Source: Perna viridis (taxonomy: Eukaryota). From it: DNA of 64,000 nucleotides. Made by a program: the position numbers and the translations under genes. The stretch covers positions 11,738,699-11,802,698 of the forward strand of contig CM074519.1 of the NCBI GenBank assembly GCA_037379345.1. The letters are read 5' to 3'. The notes under the pieces are model-generated. The model saw only the letters and a list, made by a program, of their open reading frames with translations. It searched no databases and was not told the origin of the DNA. Position 1 is the first letter of the stretch; every line of letters starts with the position of its first letter. Positions 25,184 through 37,840 of this stretch are shown one piece after another.

Positions 25184-25371
25184 CTGAAAGATAAAACCAA
25201 AAATATTTTATTGCTTGGAAAAAGACAGAAAAGATACTCTGTGTCTCAGATTATCATTCTAAGCAATTGTCATACGAACGGTACCCATTTTGAAATTTCA
25301 GAATGTTAAATACAAAGCATAAAATATTTTGAAGAAAATTCAAACATTTCTGTATATGTAAATGAACAATA

Positions 25372-25503
25372 ACAATGTGAATGTGACCACAACAATACCT
25401 AGGGAGACTATATACAATGTGAATGTGACCATAACAATACCTAGGGAGACTATATACAATGAGAATGTGACCATAACAACACCTAGGGAGACTATATACA
25501 ATG
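25372..25503. repeat. 42-bp tandem repeat x3 in a Musashi intron
   Basis: acaatgtgaatgtgaccayaacaatacctagggagactatat starting at 25372, 25414 and 25456. Confidence 0.92.
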
Positions 25504-25518
25504 ATTAGTAAATCTTAC

Positions 25519-25694
25519 AGCTAGGCTGTGTCCCAGGCTGAGGGCTGTTGGTTGGGGACTGGTTGCCTGGAGATACAGACTGTCCTGGCTGTTGTAGATA
25601 TCCAAGGGACCAGGGCTGTTAGCCAGTGGTAGTCCTCGACTTGGTGAGGTAGTTGCGGGAAAGGCAGCTTGTGCCCCAATTCCATTCAGCATGG
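25519..25694 (-). CDS. msi: Musashi/Rbp6 exon (AMLNGIGAQAAFPATTSPSRGLPLANSPGPLDIYNSQDSLYLQATSPQPTALSLGHSLA)
   Basis: Acceptor ttttattgtag|, donor |gtaaga; phase 1 to 0; ANSPGP..D.Y and YLQATSPQP are conserved Musashi C-terminal motifs. Confidence 0.92.
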
Positions 25695-26361
25695 CTACAA
25701 TAAAAAAATTTATTTTAATAATACTTAAAGTTTATAATTCCTGGTTAGTTGCTCTTTCACAATATGTAACAAGACATAAAATGCTTTTCGTTCTAATTCT
25801 GAGTTTAACATGACTTTTACGATCTCTATAGAACAATTAATGAAACAAGACTTAATAAAATCTTAATCACATAGATTATAGTACATTTATACACACTGGA
25901 CTTGTAGCTTTAAAACTGGTTACCAGTATATATGTTCAATTTACAATACCAACTTAAGTTGTCCTTCTTTGTATTGAAAATGTTTATCCACCTTCAAACA
26001 ATGTGTTTGTATACTAGTTCTACAAGTACGATATATCCTACCTGCTGTCACAAATACTTAATATGAACTAGTCTTTGAATTCCCGAAAAGTTATTTCTGT
26101 CATCTTGTCGGATTCCATTACATAATTTTTATTTCATGTTCTTTTATGTGTACGCTGAAAAATTTGTCTTCTTGTGGGTGATTTTATTGATTAATATTTC
26201 AATGTTGTACCCAATGTTTTCAATCCTGCTTGGATTTTAATTCCTAACATTGGTACAAGTTTCATGTTCTTTTTTTTCTGTTTGTATTTCATCTTGAGGT
26301 TCAAGTTGGGAAATTTTTGTTTTCATTTTTTCGGGTTTTCTGTCATTAGATCCCCTCATAC

Positions 26362-26601
26362 CTGAGAGTCCTTGTGCACGCTGTGCATTAATCAGCTGTT
26401 CACTGACGCGTTGTAATGGAGAAGTAGTCATTGTATTTGGTTGTGGAGACGGCTCGCTACGTTGAATCTGTAATCCCCCTGCTGTCAGCTGACTAGTTTG
26501 GGCAGCACCTAGATCAGTAGCGTAAATGGCCGTTGGTGAGGCATGGCGATCACCGGCAGGGGAGGGGGCAGCAAGATAACTTGTGGTATAACCAGGGAAG
26601 C
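26362..26601 (-). CDS. msi: Musashi/Rbp6 exon, 240 nt (GFPGYTTSYLAAPSPAG...AQRAQGLS)
   Basis: Acceptor ctctcttattcag|, donor cag|gtatga; phase 1-1, open frame, A/P/S/T-rich. Confidence 0.85.
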
Positions 26602-29289
26602 CTGAATAAGAGAGAATATTTCTCCTTAACATTTGTGACCTCTTACAAGCATAGGAAATGTCAAATATAAAATACCATGTAGAATTTAAAGGACCTCCAT
26701 CTAATTTTATTATCCCTTATCCTCTAGAATGTAAACATTTACATACTATTAGTATACATAAAAGAAAATTTTAAATTTTTTTTCAGATGTCTAAAACTAA
26801 TTTTTGGAATAATTTTTAAGATAACTACAGACTCAATCTATACCAATATAAATTGTTCAAAATTGTAGAAATTACATTTAGTAAATTTCTGGATAAATGG
26901 TATTTTTTTTATCCTTTTTGTATTTGATGGAGTCCCTTTTGATTCATGTATAAATATGAATTTATAATTGATGGTTACCATCGTTATAAAAATAATTGCA
27001 CATTCCTATACTTTCCAGACATATCTCATCCCACCATGGCATTCCAAATGTAAAACTTTGACAAAACCACCATGGTTCCCAATCTTAGATTGTCGGAACA
27101 GTCATTATGGCTTTCCAAACTTAAATATTTGGCAAATGCAAGATATGGGAGAGAAATGTCAAATAATATATTCAGACTTGGCTTCCCTGGTTTTGCATGA
27201 ACAAGAATAAAACAAGCACACAACAAAAGGTCAGCTATATATATACATCAGATCAATTCAAGCTCTCTAACTACCAAGATTTCTAAGCTTTTCCTATATT
27301 TGGCTAACATCAAAATTAGCATTCCAATTTAGTAACTTTCCTTGCTATTATCTATCTATCAGTATTTCTTATGATTAGATATGGCTACAAAACATATATG
27401 TTAGTTTTTTGTTCTATTTTTATATTTTAAATAATAAAACTGCCGAAAGTGAAAAATCTACAGTATAAAAATTAAGAACTAAAGTTTCGTTAAGTCAGTA
27501 TTGTTACATGCAAAACACTACCAAAAGCATAACTAATGACTAATGAAAATAAAAACATCGAATTCTATAAAGCAGAATTTCATTGATATCTTTCCGTGTG
27601 TGCTTGGTTTTCTACAGTTGCATGCAAAATCAGCGGAGCCAGAATCACTTCAAGGTCATATTATCAAAGTTCAAAGGTCAAATCATCAAAGACAACAATT
27701 CAATCAAAGCTGTAAAAAACATGCATAATTATTGCATCCAATGAACAGAGCTGTTTTGTTTTTTTATATGAAAGGTTTAGGTCAAAGACAGGAGACATTT
27801 CTATAAGACAGAGTTGTCTCCCTTGCCTTATGTTCTCTGCTTCTCGTTAGTAGATGTAATCACAGAATCACATTTAACTTTTCTTACTATCCTGCAGCTG
27901 AAATAAATTTCAAACATTCACAGGAACTGTTCAAGTTCAATTTGAAAATTCAAATGAAAAAAGGTATCAATTGTTTCAATGATTCCATAATATCTTTCTT
28001 ATTTTATTCAAATATCACTTGAAATCTTGTGTAGCACTTTGAAGTATTTTCTTTTTTGTTACTCTAGATCTAGATATCACTTCTCATGAAATATTTTGCA
28101 TGGTGAAACTTAATATGACTGCAGAGGCCAAACCCTGAATACAAATTTTCAGTCATATAAATATTAACTATCTTAGACTTTTCTATAAAAATCATCAGCC
28201 CTGTTCATTGGTAAATTGATTAATAAGATTATATAACTACATCAATGGTGAAGGTTTCAGACAAATTATGGCCCATGTTTCACAAAGATAATTTTGACAT
28301 CTATCTACATATACAAATCAAGCAAGCCCTCCATCAATCCATGTTGAAATGTATACAGCCATTCTTGATAGAAAAAAAAATGTGTAACAAATATTTTCTT
28401 GATAACGGTCAATTCTATACTCAAATTTCTATTATTTTGTATCTAAAATTATTAAATATTTTTTATTAATCATGAAAATTTAAAGGTGTAATCATTTTTC
28501 TCAACAAGAACATTTCAACACATGATTAATCAAAAATTACAAACAATAAAAAAAAATACACAGCCAACCAGTTATCATAAAAAGTTTGACAAAATTTTGT
28601 TGATAAGTGTCAAAAATGGGAGAATCCAGCTGCACTTTCAACCTTCAACATGGAATGATAAAACAAGTTGACAAATTGTAGATTAAGTAACTATCACATT
28701 CATAACAAACATATACACATATCTATAATCAGCTACACAATAATATCTGAATACCACACATATGCAAATACAATATAATAACTACAGACTAAAGAACTTT
28801 AGCTTCACTGCAATTTTCATTTTTCTCTTTCTGTTGATTTCAAAAAGTCACACTCTAAACTAATTACATTTAACATGGACATATCTTGTTCTTGTTTCAA
28901 TAATGTCACATTTGAAATATTGTTTTCGTAAATTACACAGTTTTATAAAAAGATACAAAATTCATTGTCAAAATTCTTAAAAGTAAAATATTTTTAAAAC
29001 TTATTACTAGGAAAATCCCTACAGGAAGAAAATAGAAAATAAACAGTGAATTAAAAACTAAGCAAGTGTTATAATTTTCACAGCTACTTTTAAAATAGTA
29101 CATAGTTATCTTGCTAGCAGAGAAGGGGAATAACTCTGTAAGGGTATTTAACTCCACAATATGTACGAGAGAAAATACGAAAAACAATACAAATAAACTC
29201 ACAAAATACACTTTTTTATACTATTGAATGCTGGGAAAAATAAGCTTAAGCAACAGAGTAACACTAGGTGGCGCAGCATTGGTGCTTAC

Positions 29290-29421
29290 CCGCGGTGCCT
29301 AACGGAAAACCTAAAACACTCCGTCCTACACCCCGTAATGCAGCAGTAGCACTGCGGGTAGCTGCCAAAGTGCCAGGTGTCAGAGCCGCCCCAGTTGAGG
29401 AACTTAGAGCTGTTCCAAGCC
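29290..29421 (-). CDS. msi: Musashi/Rbp6 exon, 132 nt (GLGTALSSSTGAALTPGTLAATRSATAALRGVGRSVLGFPLGTA)
   Basis: Acceptor taccatgcag|, donor gg|gtaagc; phase 1-1; GC-rich island in an AT-rich intron; Ala-rich with AALRG, like the Musashi Ala-rich AAA.RG segment. Confidence 0.8.
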
Positions 29422-31046
29422 CTGCATGGTATAAATGTACACAGTCTTACTTATTGGAAATTTTAACCAACTGAAAATGACAAACTCCAAACACTAAGTT
29501 TCTACTTTCTCATTGAAATATTTAGTTATCTTTTTATAAATATGAAATATTCAAAACTATAAAACTTGCCTTTCTTTTTGATTCATTTTTAAAAATATGG
29601 AAAGAAGTTTATTTACGGCTTCTGTATGAGACTGTATAAACTTAACCTAAGAAGTTTGCTTCCAATATTTTTTTGTATTCCGAACCCAAACAACACTATG
29701 CATTGAAACTGTCGAGGGAATAAGATAAAATATTTAAAAGTGTAAAAAGTTGTATGTAACAAAATGTTTATTCTTATTGAATATCATTCCAATCATACAA
29801 GATAATGAGTAGTATACATAGCACATGAAAATTTGTGCAACATGTAGTTTTTCCATAAAATTTTAAAAGTAACAACATAAAGTTTTGGGTTACAACATTA
29901 AGTTAGGGACCTTGTAAAATCTGCACATAAAATGTGCATTTGTTTGTCAAAACTTTTTGCCTTTACCATCAGTTGAAAGAATGTAGAATAGGACTCAAGT
30001 TATTATCAGTGGACAGGGTTTTAATGGTACTTGAAAATCACATGTTTACTGCAACCTAATTTTCTAGATTTTGTTTAGGTAAAATGTGTGAAAATTCCAT
30101 GTTATAATAATAAAAAAAATATTCCACTGTTTTGTTAATCAACTGAATGAAATATTTATCAATTTCATAATTGCTATAAACATTTTAATTTTTATAATGT
30201 ACCCAATTTTTTTCAAAACTTAATTTTTACACTATGAAACACTTGATTATTTTTCAAACAGTAAAAATTAATATCAGCACAATTATTCATCAGGCAGATT
30301 CTGCTAAAAATTAGCAACCATGAAAATATGTTTATACAGTACCCTGTGAAGATAGTAACATCAATGCTAAATAATTACGTTCTAAATTTGTATTTAATTA
30401 TTATTACTCTGTCTTCATAAGAATTTCAAATAAAACACGGGATAGTTCTATTACATTTGGTTTCAACTAAATCTAGATCTACATTCTTTCATTAGTTTGG
30501 TAAAGATTAATATTGCAAACATCCATTGATTAAAAAAAAAACAGAATTCCCTGACAATGTCAACCAAAAATATGATTTTTTTAAGAAAAATTAAATTTGG
30601 CACCTGATAAATTCAACTTCTTAGAAAATATGAAGAATAGTAAATAATGTGGACAGATAATAATTTTGGTAACTTATTGTACATAACTAAAAAAATTGCA
30701 ATTGCACAAAAATATCATGGCCATGGTCATATGTTTTGGTCTTTCAGTGAGAAACTCTTTGTAATGATGAATAAATAAAACTTCAAAAATATACAACTTA
30801 AATAAAATGAAAATGGAGAAAAAGGAAAAAAAATATCAAATTTTGCATCACATTGAAAAGCACCTAGCAATATCAAGAAGAAAAAAAAGATAGCAAACAA
30901 TTTTCTAGCACATGTAAATGGTAAAAATAAAAATGGAGTATACATAAAATATCAACCAAAAAATAATACATGGTAAGGTTCATTTGGATTTACAGAGAGA
31001 TCCCTAAAATGCTACAAAACTGGACACATTTTACTTCACAATATTT

Positions 31047-31435
31047 TACACAGGAAAAACCTGTTCACATAAAATTCTTATGATTTTCAAACTAAAAAAC
31101 CTAATATATTCTGCAGAATTCACTAAAAAAATTGTGTATTTCACAAAAAATTTTCAATAAAAATTATGTCAATGTTAGGAGCACAATTTGTGTGTATTTT
31201 GTAAAGCATTACTAGTATACATTCATAAGTAGTATTTATCTAAGATATTTCAAGCAAAACGCAACTCACAAGAGATTTATGTGACACTCAACTCAATGTA
31301 AATTTCATTGGAAGCTTACCTCACCTGAATTTCATGTAAAACTCAAATCATAGGAATTTCAATGGAACTCAACTAGTGTGAAATTCATGCGAAGCTCAAC
31401 TTGAATGAAATTTAATGAGAGCAATTTTCCTGTGT
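31047..31435. mobile_element. MITE, (TA)CACAGGAAAAA-TIR family, copy 3
   Basis: tacacaggaaaaacctgttcacat at 31047 and ttttcctgtgt at 31425-31435; internal ~30-bp aaatttcatg..aactcaact subrepeats. Confidence 0.65.
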
Positions 31436-33419
31436 GAATTTTTTAAGTAACACGTACATTGTACAAAATACAAATGGCAAAACACGATACAAAGTTGTTT
31501 ACACTGAATATTACAATACATTAAGTCAACAACATTATATATTTCGATATGAATTATTCAAGATTTGATAAAAATTGCATATTTTGAAATCAACAGTATA
31601 TATTCAACAAACAAATTTACCATTTCAGCTCATTTCATAACAAAGTTTTGTCAACTGAAAACCCTCCGAACATTGAACAGGCAACTCTATTTTCCCAGGC
31701 AATGGTTACCCAAATGGCAAATTTGTTGTATCAAATTAATATAAGAATAAAATATCACATTTATAAAGGGCAGTCTCCACCATTATTTTTTTCTTACATT
31801 TATCTATTTATTTAAATTTAGATTATGACATTTTTTAAAACAAAATAAAGTTTGATTAATTGTTTTTAAATTCTAGGTACATGTATAAATTATTTATTTT
31901 TAAAACCAAGAATTATTCAGTATAAAGAATTAATTTCTTAAAAAATAAATTAATAAGAGATTTTTTTTGATTTTTCAAATGCTGCATATAATTAATATGA
32001 AATGATTCTGATAAATCATGCTGGCGGAGACAGACCCATTAAAACACATAAACCAATAAGATATGGTTCTCTTCAAAATTTAATACTGAAAAATTCTGTT
32101 AAAATATCACATCTATAGGATAAAAATGACCTGACTCAAAACCCATAAAACGTAAAATAAAGGCACTGATTGTAAAACAACAAAATGACTTAATATTGCT
32201 TCTGTTTTTATCTGATAAAATATTATATTTTTAGTTTTGACTTGGTCTGGTAATGCTGGAATTTTAATCATATTTTTAACTCAATTTAGCTCAATATTTC
32301 ATATTTTATATAATTAAAGCATTATTTCAATATTCCTCAAGATAAGAGGGGCCTTTTTTAATATTTAATTTTTCACAAGTTAATATTTCCAAAACTTCTT
32401 ATTCTTAACATTAAATCATATTTCATAATTCTTATTGCATTATTTTAGAAGGTCTGGAGTGATATTATGGCTCAGCTCTCATTAATATTGTATTACTGTA
32501 TAATCTCATTTGGTTTAGATAGTCTAAATAAAATGTTAAATTATTTAAAATAAAAGAAAAAGAAATTGACACCAAAATAATTCAATTATAATTTGAGGTA
32601 GTTTTCTATTCGCCATTAGTATTTATTAATATTTTATAATCATAGAATTTATTGCTTCAATTTCATCACCTAAAATTTCAATAACTATTTATTAAAATAA
32701 TTATATGATAAATTAAATTCTTAAAAACAAAAATAATTTAATTCAATCTAATTCTGCTGATTTGCTATCTATAAAGTTTATATTAATGCTAAAACAAAGC
32801 TAATTTTCAAATAAATAAATTAATTAATAAATAAGTACGTATTTGCTAATATATTACACAGAGTTATATATAATATAAAATAAATAATACTATATTTTTA
32901 CATATATCTAGTTTGCAAATGCTAGGTCAGTATTTATTCAAATTAAGTGTTTTGAAAAAAATATCGCCTTAATCTTAATATTTTAATACGTCCTAGTTCT
33001 GAAATGATATGGTCAATAACAGATAAAAAAAATCACTGCTTACATAAAGGGGGTGTTCTATTTTACATTTGGCAAGAATTTCAATCATTATATACAAATA
33101 CAAAAAACATGAATTTTTTAGATGAATGTAAATTTTGTCAACAGAAACAAATTCATTTGAATTTTTCACCCAACAACAATAATTGACACAGAGTATGAGA
33201 CAATAATATGTTCAATAAATGCTGTTAATATCGGTAAATTTTCACATTTTTACATCAACACTTTCAATCTTCATCTTGTCATGTCATCCATATTTAGTTT
33301 CACTTCTGTTCATAAAATTGTGCCATGTAGCAGTTCTACTTGGAACATCTCAGGCCTGGCTGAAAACAACTGAGGAGTTTAGAAGGGATACCACTGCCCT
33401 AATTCTAATATTTCCATAC

Positions 33420-33509
33420 CTGGTGGGTAATAATAGCCAGCTGGTGCAAGAGTCGGGAAACCACGTCCATAAGGAGAATACATAGCTGGGATAGTCCCTG
33501 GAAGCAGAC
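33420..33509 (-). CDS. msi: Musashi/Rbp6 exon, 90 nt (GLLPGTIPAMYSPYGRGFPTLAPAGYYYPP)
   Basis: Acceptor ttctctttgctgcag|, donor cag|gtatgg; phase 1-1; YGRG(F/Y)P..AP..Y resembles the Musashi post-RRM segment. Confidence 0.88.
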
Positions 33510-34339
33510 CTGCAGCAAAGAGAAACAAACACTTTATTTGTTTATTAAGAGTCATGTAATTCTTCCCACAATTCAAAAAATATATTTCAAAGTTAATACA
33601 CAAAAATATAATTGCAAATGAGGTAAGTTTGTATTAATGTTGTGTAGCAGGAAACAGCAGTTTTTTTTTTAAACAAATATCAAAAAAAAAAACTTCTATT
33701 TATAAATATCTTGCATTGAAAAAAATTTATCCATCATACAATCAACATAGAAATTATGCACTGAAAAAAAAAATACTGTGACATGCACTTTTCATATTTT
33801 TAAGTAAAGCCACAAAGAAGTAGATGAAAGTGACTATTGTTACTCATTAAACATGTTATATAATCAGGTTTTCAAAGTTGTCTTATTACAGTTTAATGTA
33901 GAATTTGGAAGGCCGGTTCAACCTTGAATCTTGGACGAATTTTCTTCTTGCTTTCTCTGTGCAAACATGCAGAACACTAATGGAAAAAAATACATCTAAA
34001 ACATCTACATTTCTACAGCTATAAATAACAGTACCAATAAATCTTAAGCATGCAAAACTTCTAAGTTCAACAGCAAAAAGGATAGGAGCAGATGGCGTGA
34101 ATGGAAAAATAACAAATTTCATTAAAATATTTCATTTGAGAAAGCAAACGAATTAATTAAAAAGTAGAGAGAAAGATATTAAAGTAATGCATCACAATTT
34201 GAAGTTCTTTTTGTCAACATATTAACATGCTGGTGAAAAGTCGTGAACTTAACCAGCACAAAGAAACCAAAACTGGATCAAAATCAGACAGCACTCAGTC
34301 AATCTGTAGAAAGATCACATGACCAGGGAAAAGACTTAC

Positions 34340-34399
34340 ACATCTCTGGAACGACCATGTCGCTTGGTATTTCCCAAACAATTTCGCCATCTTCTGTCA
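34340..34399 (-). CDS. msi: Candidate 60-nt alternative Musashi exon (VTEDGEIVWEIPSDMVVPEM)
   Basis: Branch-like ctaat, pyrimidine tract, acceptor cctttcgtag|, consensus donor |gtaagt; phase 1-1 and stop-free in the Musashi frame. Confidence 0.6.
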
Positions 34400-35435
34400 C
34401 TACGAAAGGATTAGAAAAGGGAAAGATAATCAGTTTTAGTGGCGCCAGAAATTTAAGCACACACACAAGTACAGATTTTAGCAAATGACAATATGTGTTT
34501 CTTTGCTCACTAATAATATTTTCAGAATAGGGTTTCAATCTAATGAAGCCAACACAGAATTTCTTTATAAGATTTGTTCAAATTTTGTCAATGAAGCCAG
34601 CACAGATTTTTATATATAGTTTGTTTTCATCTTTAGAGGATTTCTAAACAGAAATAGCTGAAATATAAACCCTTAGTGCTTTGTTCACATAAAAGCAAGT
34701 AAATACAAATGACCATAGAAATACAGCATATGAAGTTATTCAAAACCAAATCCTATGTGCTGTATTTAAGATGAAGTCTACTTAATCCACGAAATATAAG
34801 TGTCATTTGCTAAAATCAGCACTGTAAAGAGCCTCAGTGTTAATTTCCATATAACTTTAAAGTGTTCATCTACACATAAAAAAATCATGAGCTGTTTACT
34901 TCAGGGAAATCAAAGGGGAGGTAATTCTAATTTTTCAAGTCACTTATATTGGCCAAGTAAATTGGGAATGAAACAACAGGAGATTCAAAACTGTTTTAAT
35001 AGTTGTCAGAAGTTATTTTATATGTTTAAAAACTCCTAAAAAATAAAATAAAATACTTTTAATACTTCTGATTAATTTATCAAAATAAAAATGAGACCAG
35101 TGACCCCCTGTCCACCTTCCTGTCCCTAATCAACTACTACAACTACCATTACCAAGTAAACAGCTCAAATATTTCCAAAATAAAAATTCTGTTTAGATAA
35201 TCTAACAATAAATCTACACAAGTGATTTTAATTCTACTGGTGCATATCATGTACAACAATAAAATCTATGCCAAAATTTGAAAATAAAACTTCTACTGGA
35301 AATTTGTAGCCACTGAGACACTTTTAAATTGATAATGTGCACTCACAAATTATATAACAAATACAGCTAACATGTAATCTCCGTAGAAATAAAAACCGTT
35401 AATAACGACAGATCTATTTGTGTAAAAAGACAGAC

Positions 35436-35850
35436 CAGGGCTGTAGTCAAGGAGAATGTGAGAATGAAAACCCCCTTCTGAAAATTTCACATCCAAACTA
35501 GCTTCCCCTTATTTAGTGGGGGGATTCACTTCTGTGGTTTATAATCCTATCCCCTGGATAAAAACCTTTAACTTCAAGGGAATTTTTTTATGTATGTAAA
35601 TTGCGTTTCTTTAGCCAAAACATTTGAACTAAAAATCAGAAATGAAAAAGAATAATTCTGCTTTAAGACAGACAAAACTCAGGAAAAAGTGTGTCTGAAT
35701 ACAATGCTGGTACTGAGGGAGCAGGACACTCCCCCACCCCTCTTTTTGGAATAAATGACATTGGTACAGATAAGTATTTCATCCCTGTCCCCTAGATAAT
35801 TGATCCCTGAGTACACCCCACCCCCATTATAAAATAAAACTACAGCCCTG
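35436..35850. mobile_element. hAT-like MITE with perfect 12-bp TIR
   Basis: cagggctgtagt at 35436-35447 and actacagccctg at 35839-35850; no clean 8-bp target-site duplication. Confidence 0.6.
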
Positions 35851-37032
35851 AATACTGAAATAAAATTGAATTTTGATTTTTTTTCTCAAAACAACAACAT
35901 TTAATTTTGTTTTACAATAGTTCGAGTCTCAAATTAATTAATGGATCAAGATCTGACATTTAAATTTTGTGTACCCAATAACTTCTTGCATTTATATAAA
36001 ATAGCGAAGCTCAAGAAAATAATAATGATAAAAATGAACAAGCTTTGCAATTAATAAGCTTATGATTCTAACAACTCAATTTAAAGTTTTAGTATAAATA
36101 AACATTATTCGCAAATTAATGCTTTTTATATTTTAATATATATATTTATTAATTAGAGTTCTTTTCGCATGAATTAGTGCTAAAATACAAAGAATTTATT
36201 GAGTACATTAATTATACAAATACATCACACAAGTTTTTTTTTTCCGTTTACACATTAATTATTTTCTACTGAATACATTGCCACCATCTATTTAACCAAT
36301 TTAAAATCCAGAATTCTAATTTCTTAAACCCCAATAATTAAAGTTCCAAACTGTAAAGAAAAACATTTGTATTTTTAAATGTTAACAATTTAAACTTAAA
36401 TTTGAAAGTGTTAAAATCTAGGATCATAATTTTTAAAAAAATCAAACTCCCAGAATTCCAGATTTCAACATGGTGGCTTGAAAATAGTGTCACAATGGAG
36501 AAGCAGGGTGGCAGCACAAAATCTGTGAAATACATGAGAGAGGGTACCAGTACATTTCATTCACATTCCCTGCCTACATTTACACACAAAATTGCCTCCC
36601 TTGAACAAAACCAGTATACCAGTCTAAAAATACCAACACCTCTAATTCATGCAATGTCTTATATTTTTTTCTTTTTTGGATTGGACCTTTTTGTTGTGAT
36701 AGCTTGAGTAAAATTTATTAATATTGGTCTTATTTAAACCAGGCAAAAAATGCTGCAGAATTTGACCTTCCTGCAAACTGGACCATGTATGTGACAAGAA
36801 AAGTCACAACAGTGACGTGATAAAAAATTTATAAGAAAGACAAATATAATATACTTCTACTTCTTGAGTGAGAAATTTAGGCACAAAATTAAAGATAAAT
36901 AAAAATTAAATTAACCCTCGAAATTTTATTTTTGTTTTAAAATACAAAATTTCTCACTCATCACTTTACAGTAGAACACACTACAAAACATCTAATCGCA
37001 TGGTGATCATGTGACCTGATGTTGACACATAC

Positions 37033-37111
37033 CCCGAGCTATTCCTCGGCCACGAGCTGCTAAGTTTGTTGGCACCATTACTTCTTTTGGCTGTGCTTTC
37101 TTGCATTCAAC
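37033..37111 (-). CDS. msi: Musashi/Rbp6 exon, end of RRM2 (VECKKAQPKEVMVPTNLAARGRGIAR)
   Basis: Acceptor ttttttcag|, donor gg|gtatgt; VECKKAQPKEVM is diagnostic of Musashi RRM2; 79 nt, phase 0 to 1. Confidence 0.96.
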
Positions 37112-37840
37112 CTGAAAAAAAATAATAAAGAACCCAATCTATATTTTATTCTCATCCATTTTTCTCAAAGACAGTATTTTAAGAACTTATGATTTATTGT
37201 TTAACCATTCAAACTGCACTGGTAGTATATGTATTCCATATTGTGATTTTGATATTTAAAGAGTAAATGTGTCTTTTACGATGACACTGATGATGTTACA
37301 TATTACTTTCATAATATTGAAAATTTTAAATTGCTATGACAGTGGTTTCTTCAAACTAAAAACTTTTTTCTTTTTTTTTGTGGCATAACAAGTAAATCAT
37401 GTTTGAAATTTATGGAAAACCTCATGCACGAAGTCTGTCTCTTTGAGAAACTATGCTTAATGTCAACAAAATTGGAATAAATAAGGGTTATTTCCCTTTT
37501 CCCTATATTGAATTCATCTGCATAACCTTCACAGACTATATTTCTTCATGTTCTAAAATCATGAAGCATTATTTTATATTTAAGAACATGTCAATTTCTT
37601 TAAATTGAAGTACCATTATATAGAATAAATTCTTAAACACACTGCGTAGCTATCAAGACAAAGGTATTGCAGACATGAAGTAGATAATTATATTGGTGGG
37701 TATTAACATTCATAGTTTGTTATAATTTCATAATTTCTGCATAATTCATTAGGACTGCAAGTTTTTGAACGGAAATCTAACATTTTGTTAAGAATCTGAA
37801 ATCATGAATTTGTTGAAAATCAGTTAAATATAAATCTTAC

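Noticed and set aside
26237-26361. ORF extension beyond the 240-nt Musashi exon (MRGSNDRKPEK...)
   Set aside because: Follows a good donor (cag|gtatga) and is most simply read-through into intron.
31750-33000. Extremely AT-rich stretch
   Set aside because: No periodicity, termini or coding signal found; treated as ordinary intron.
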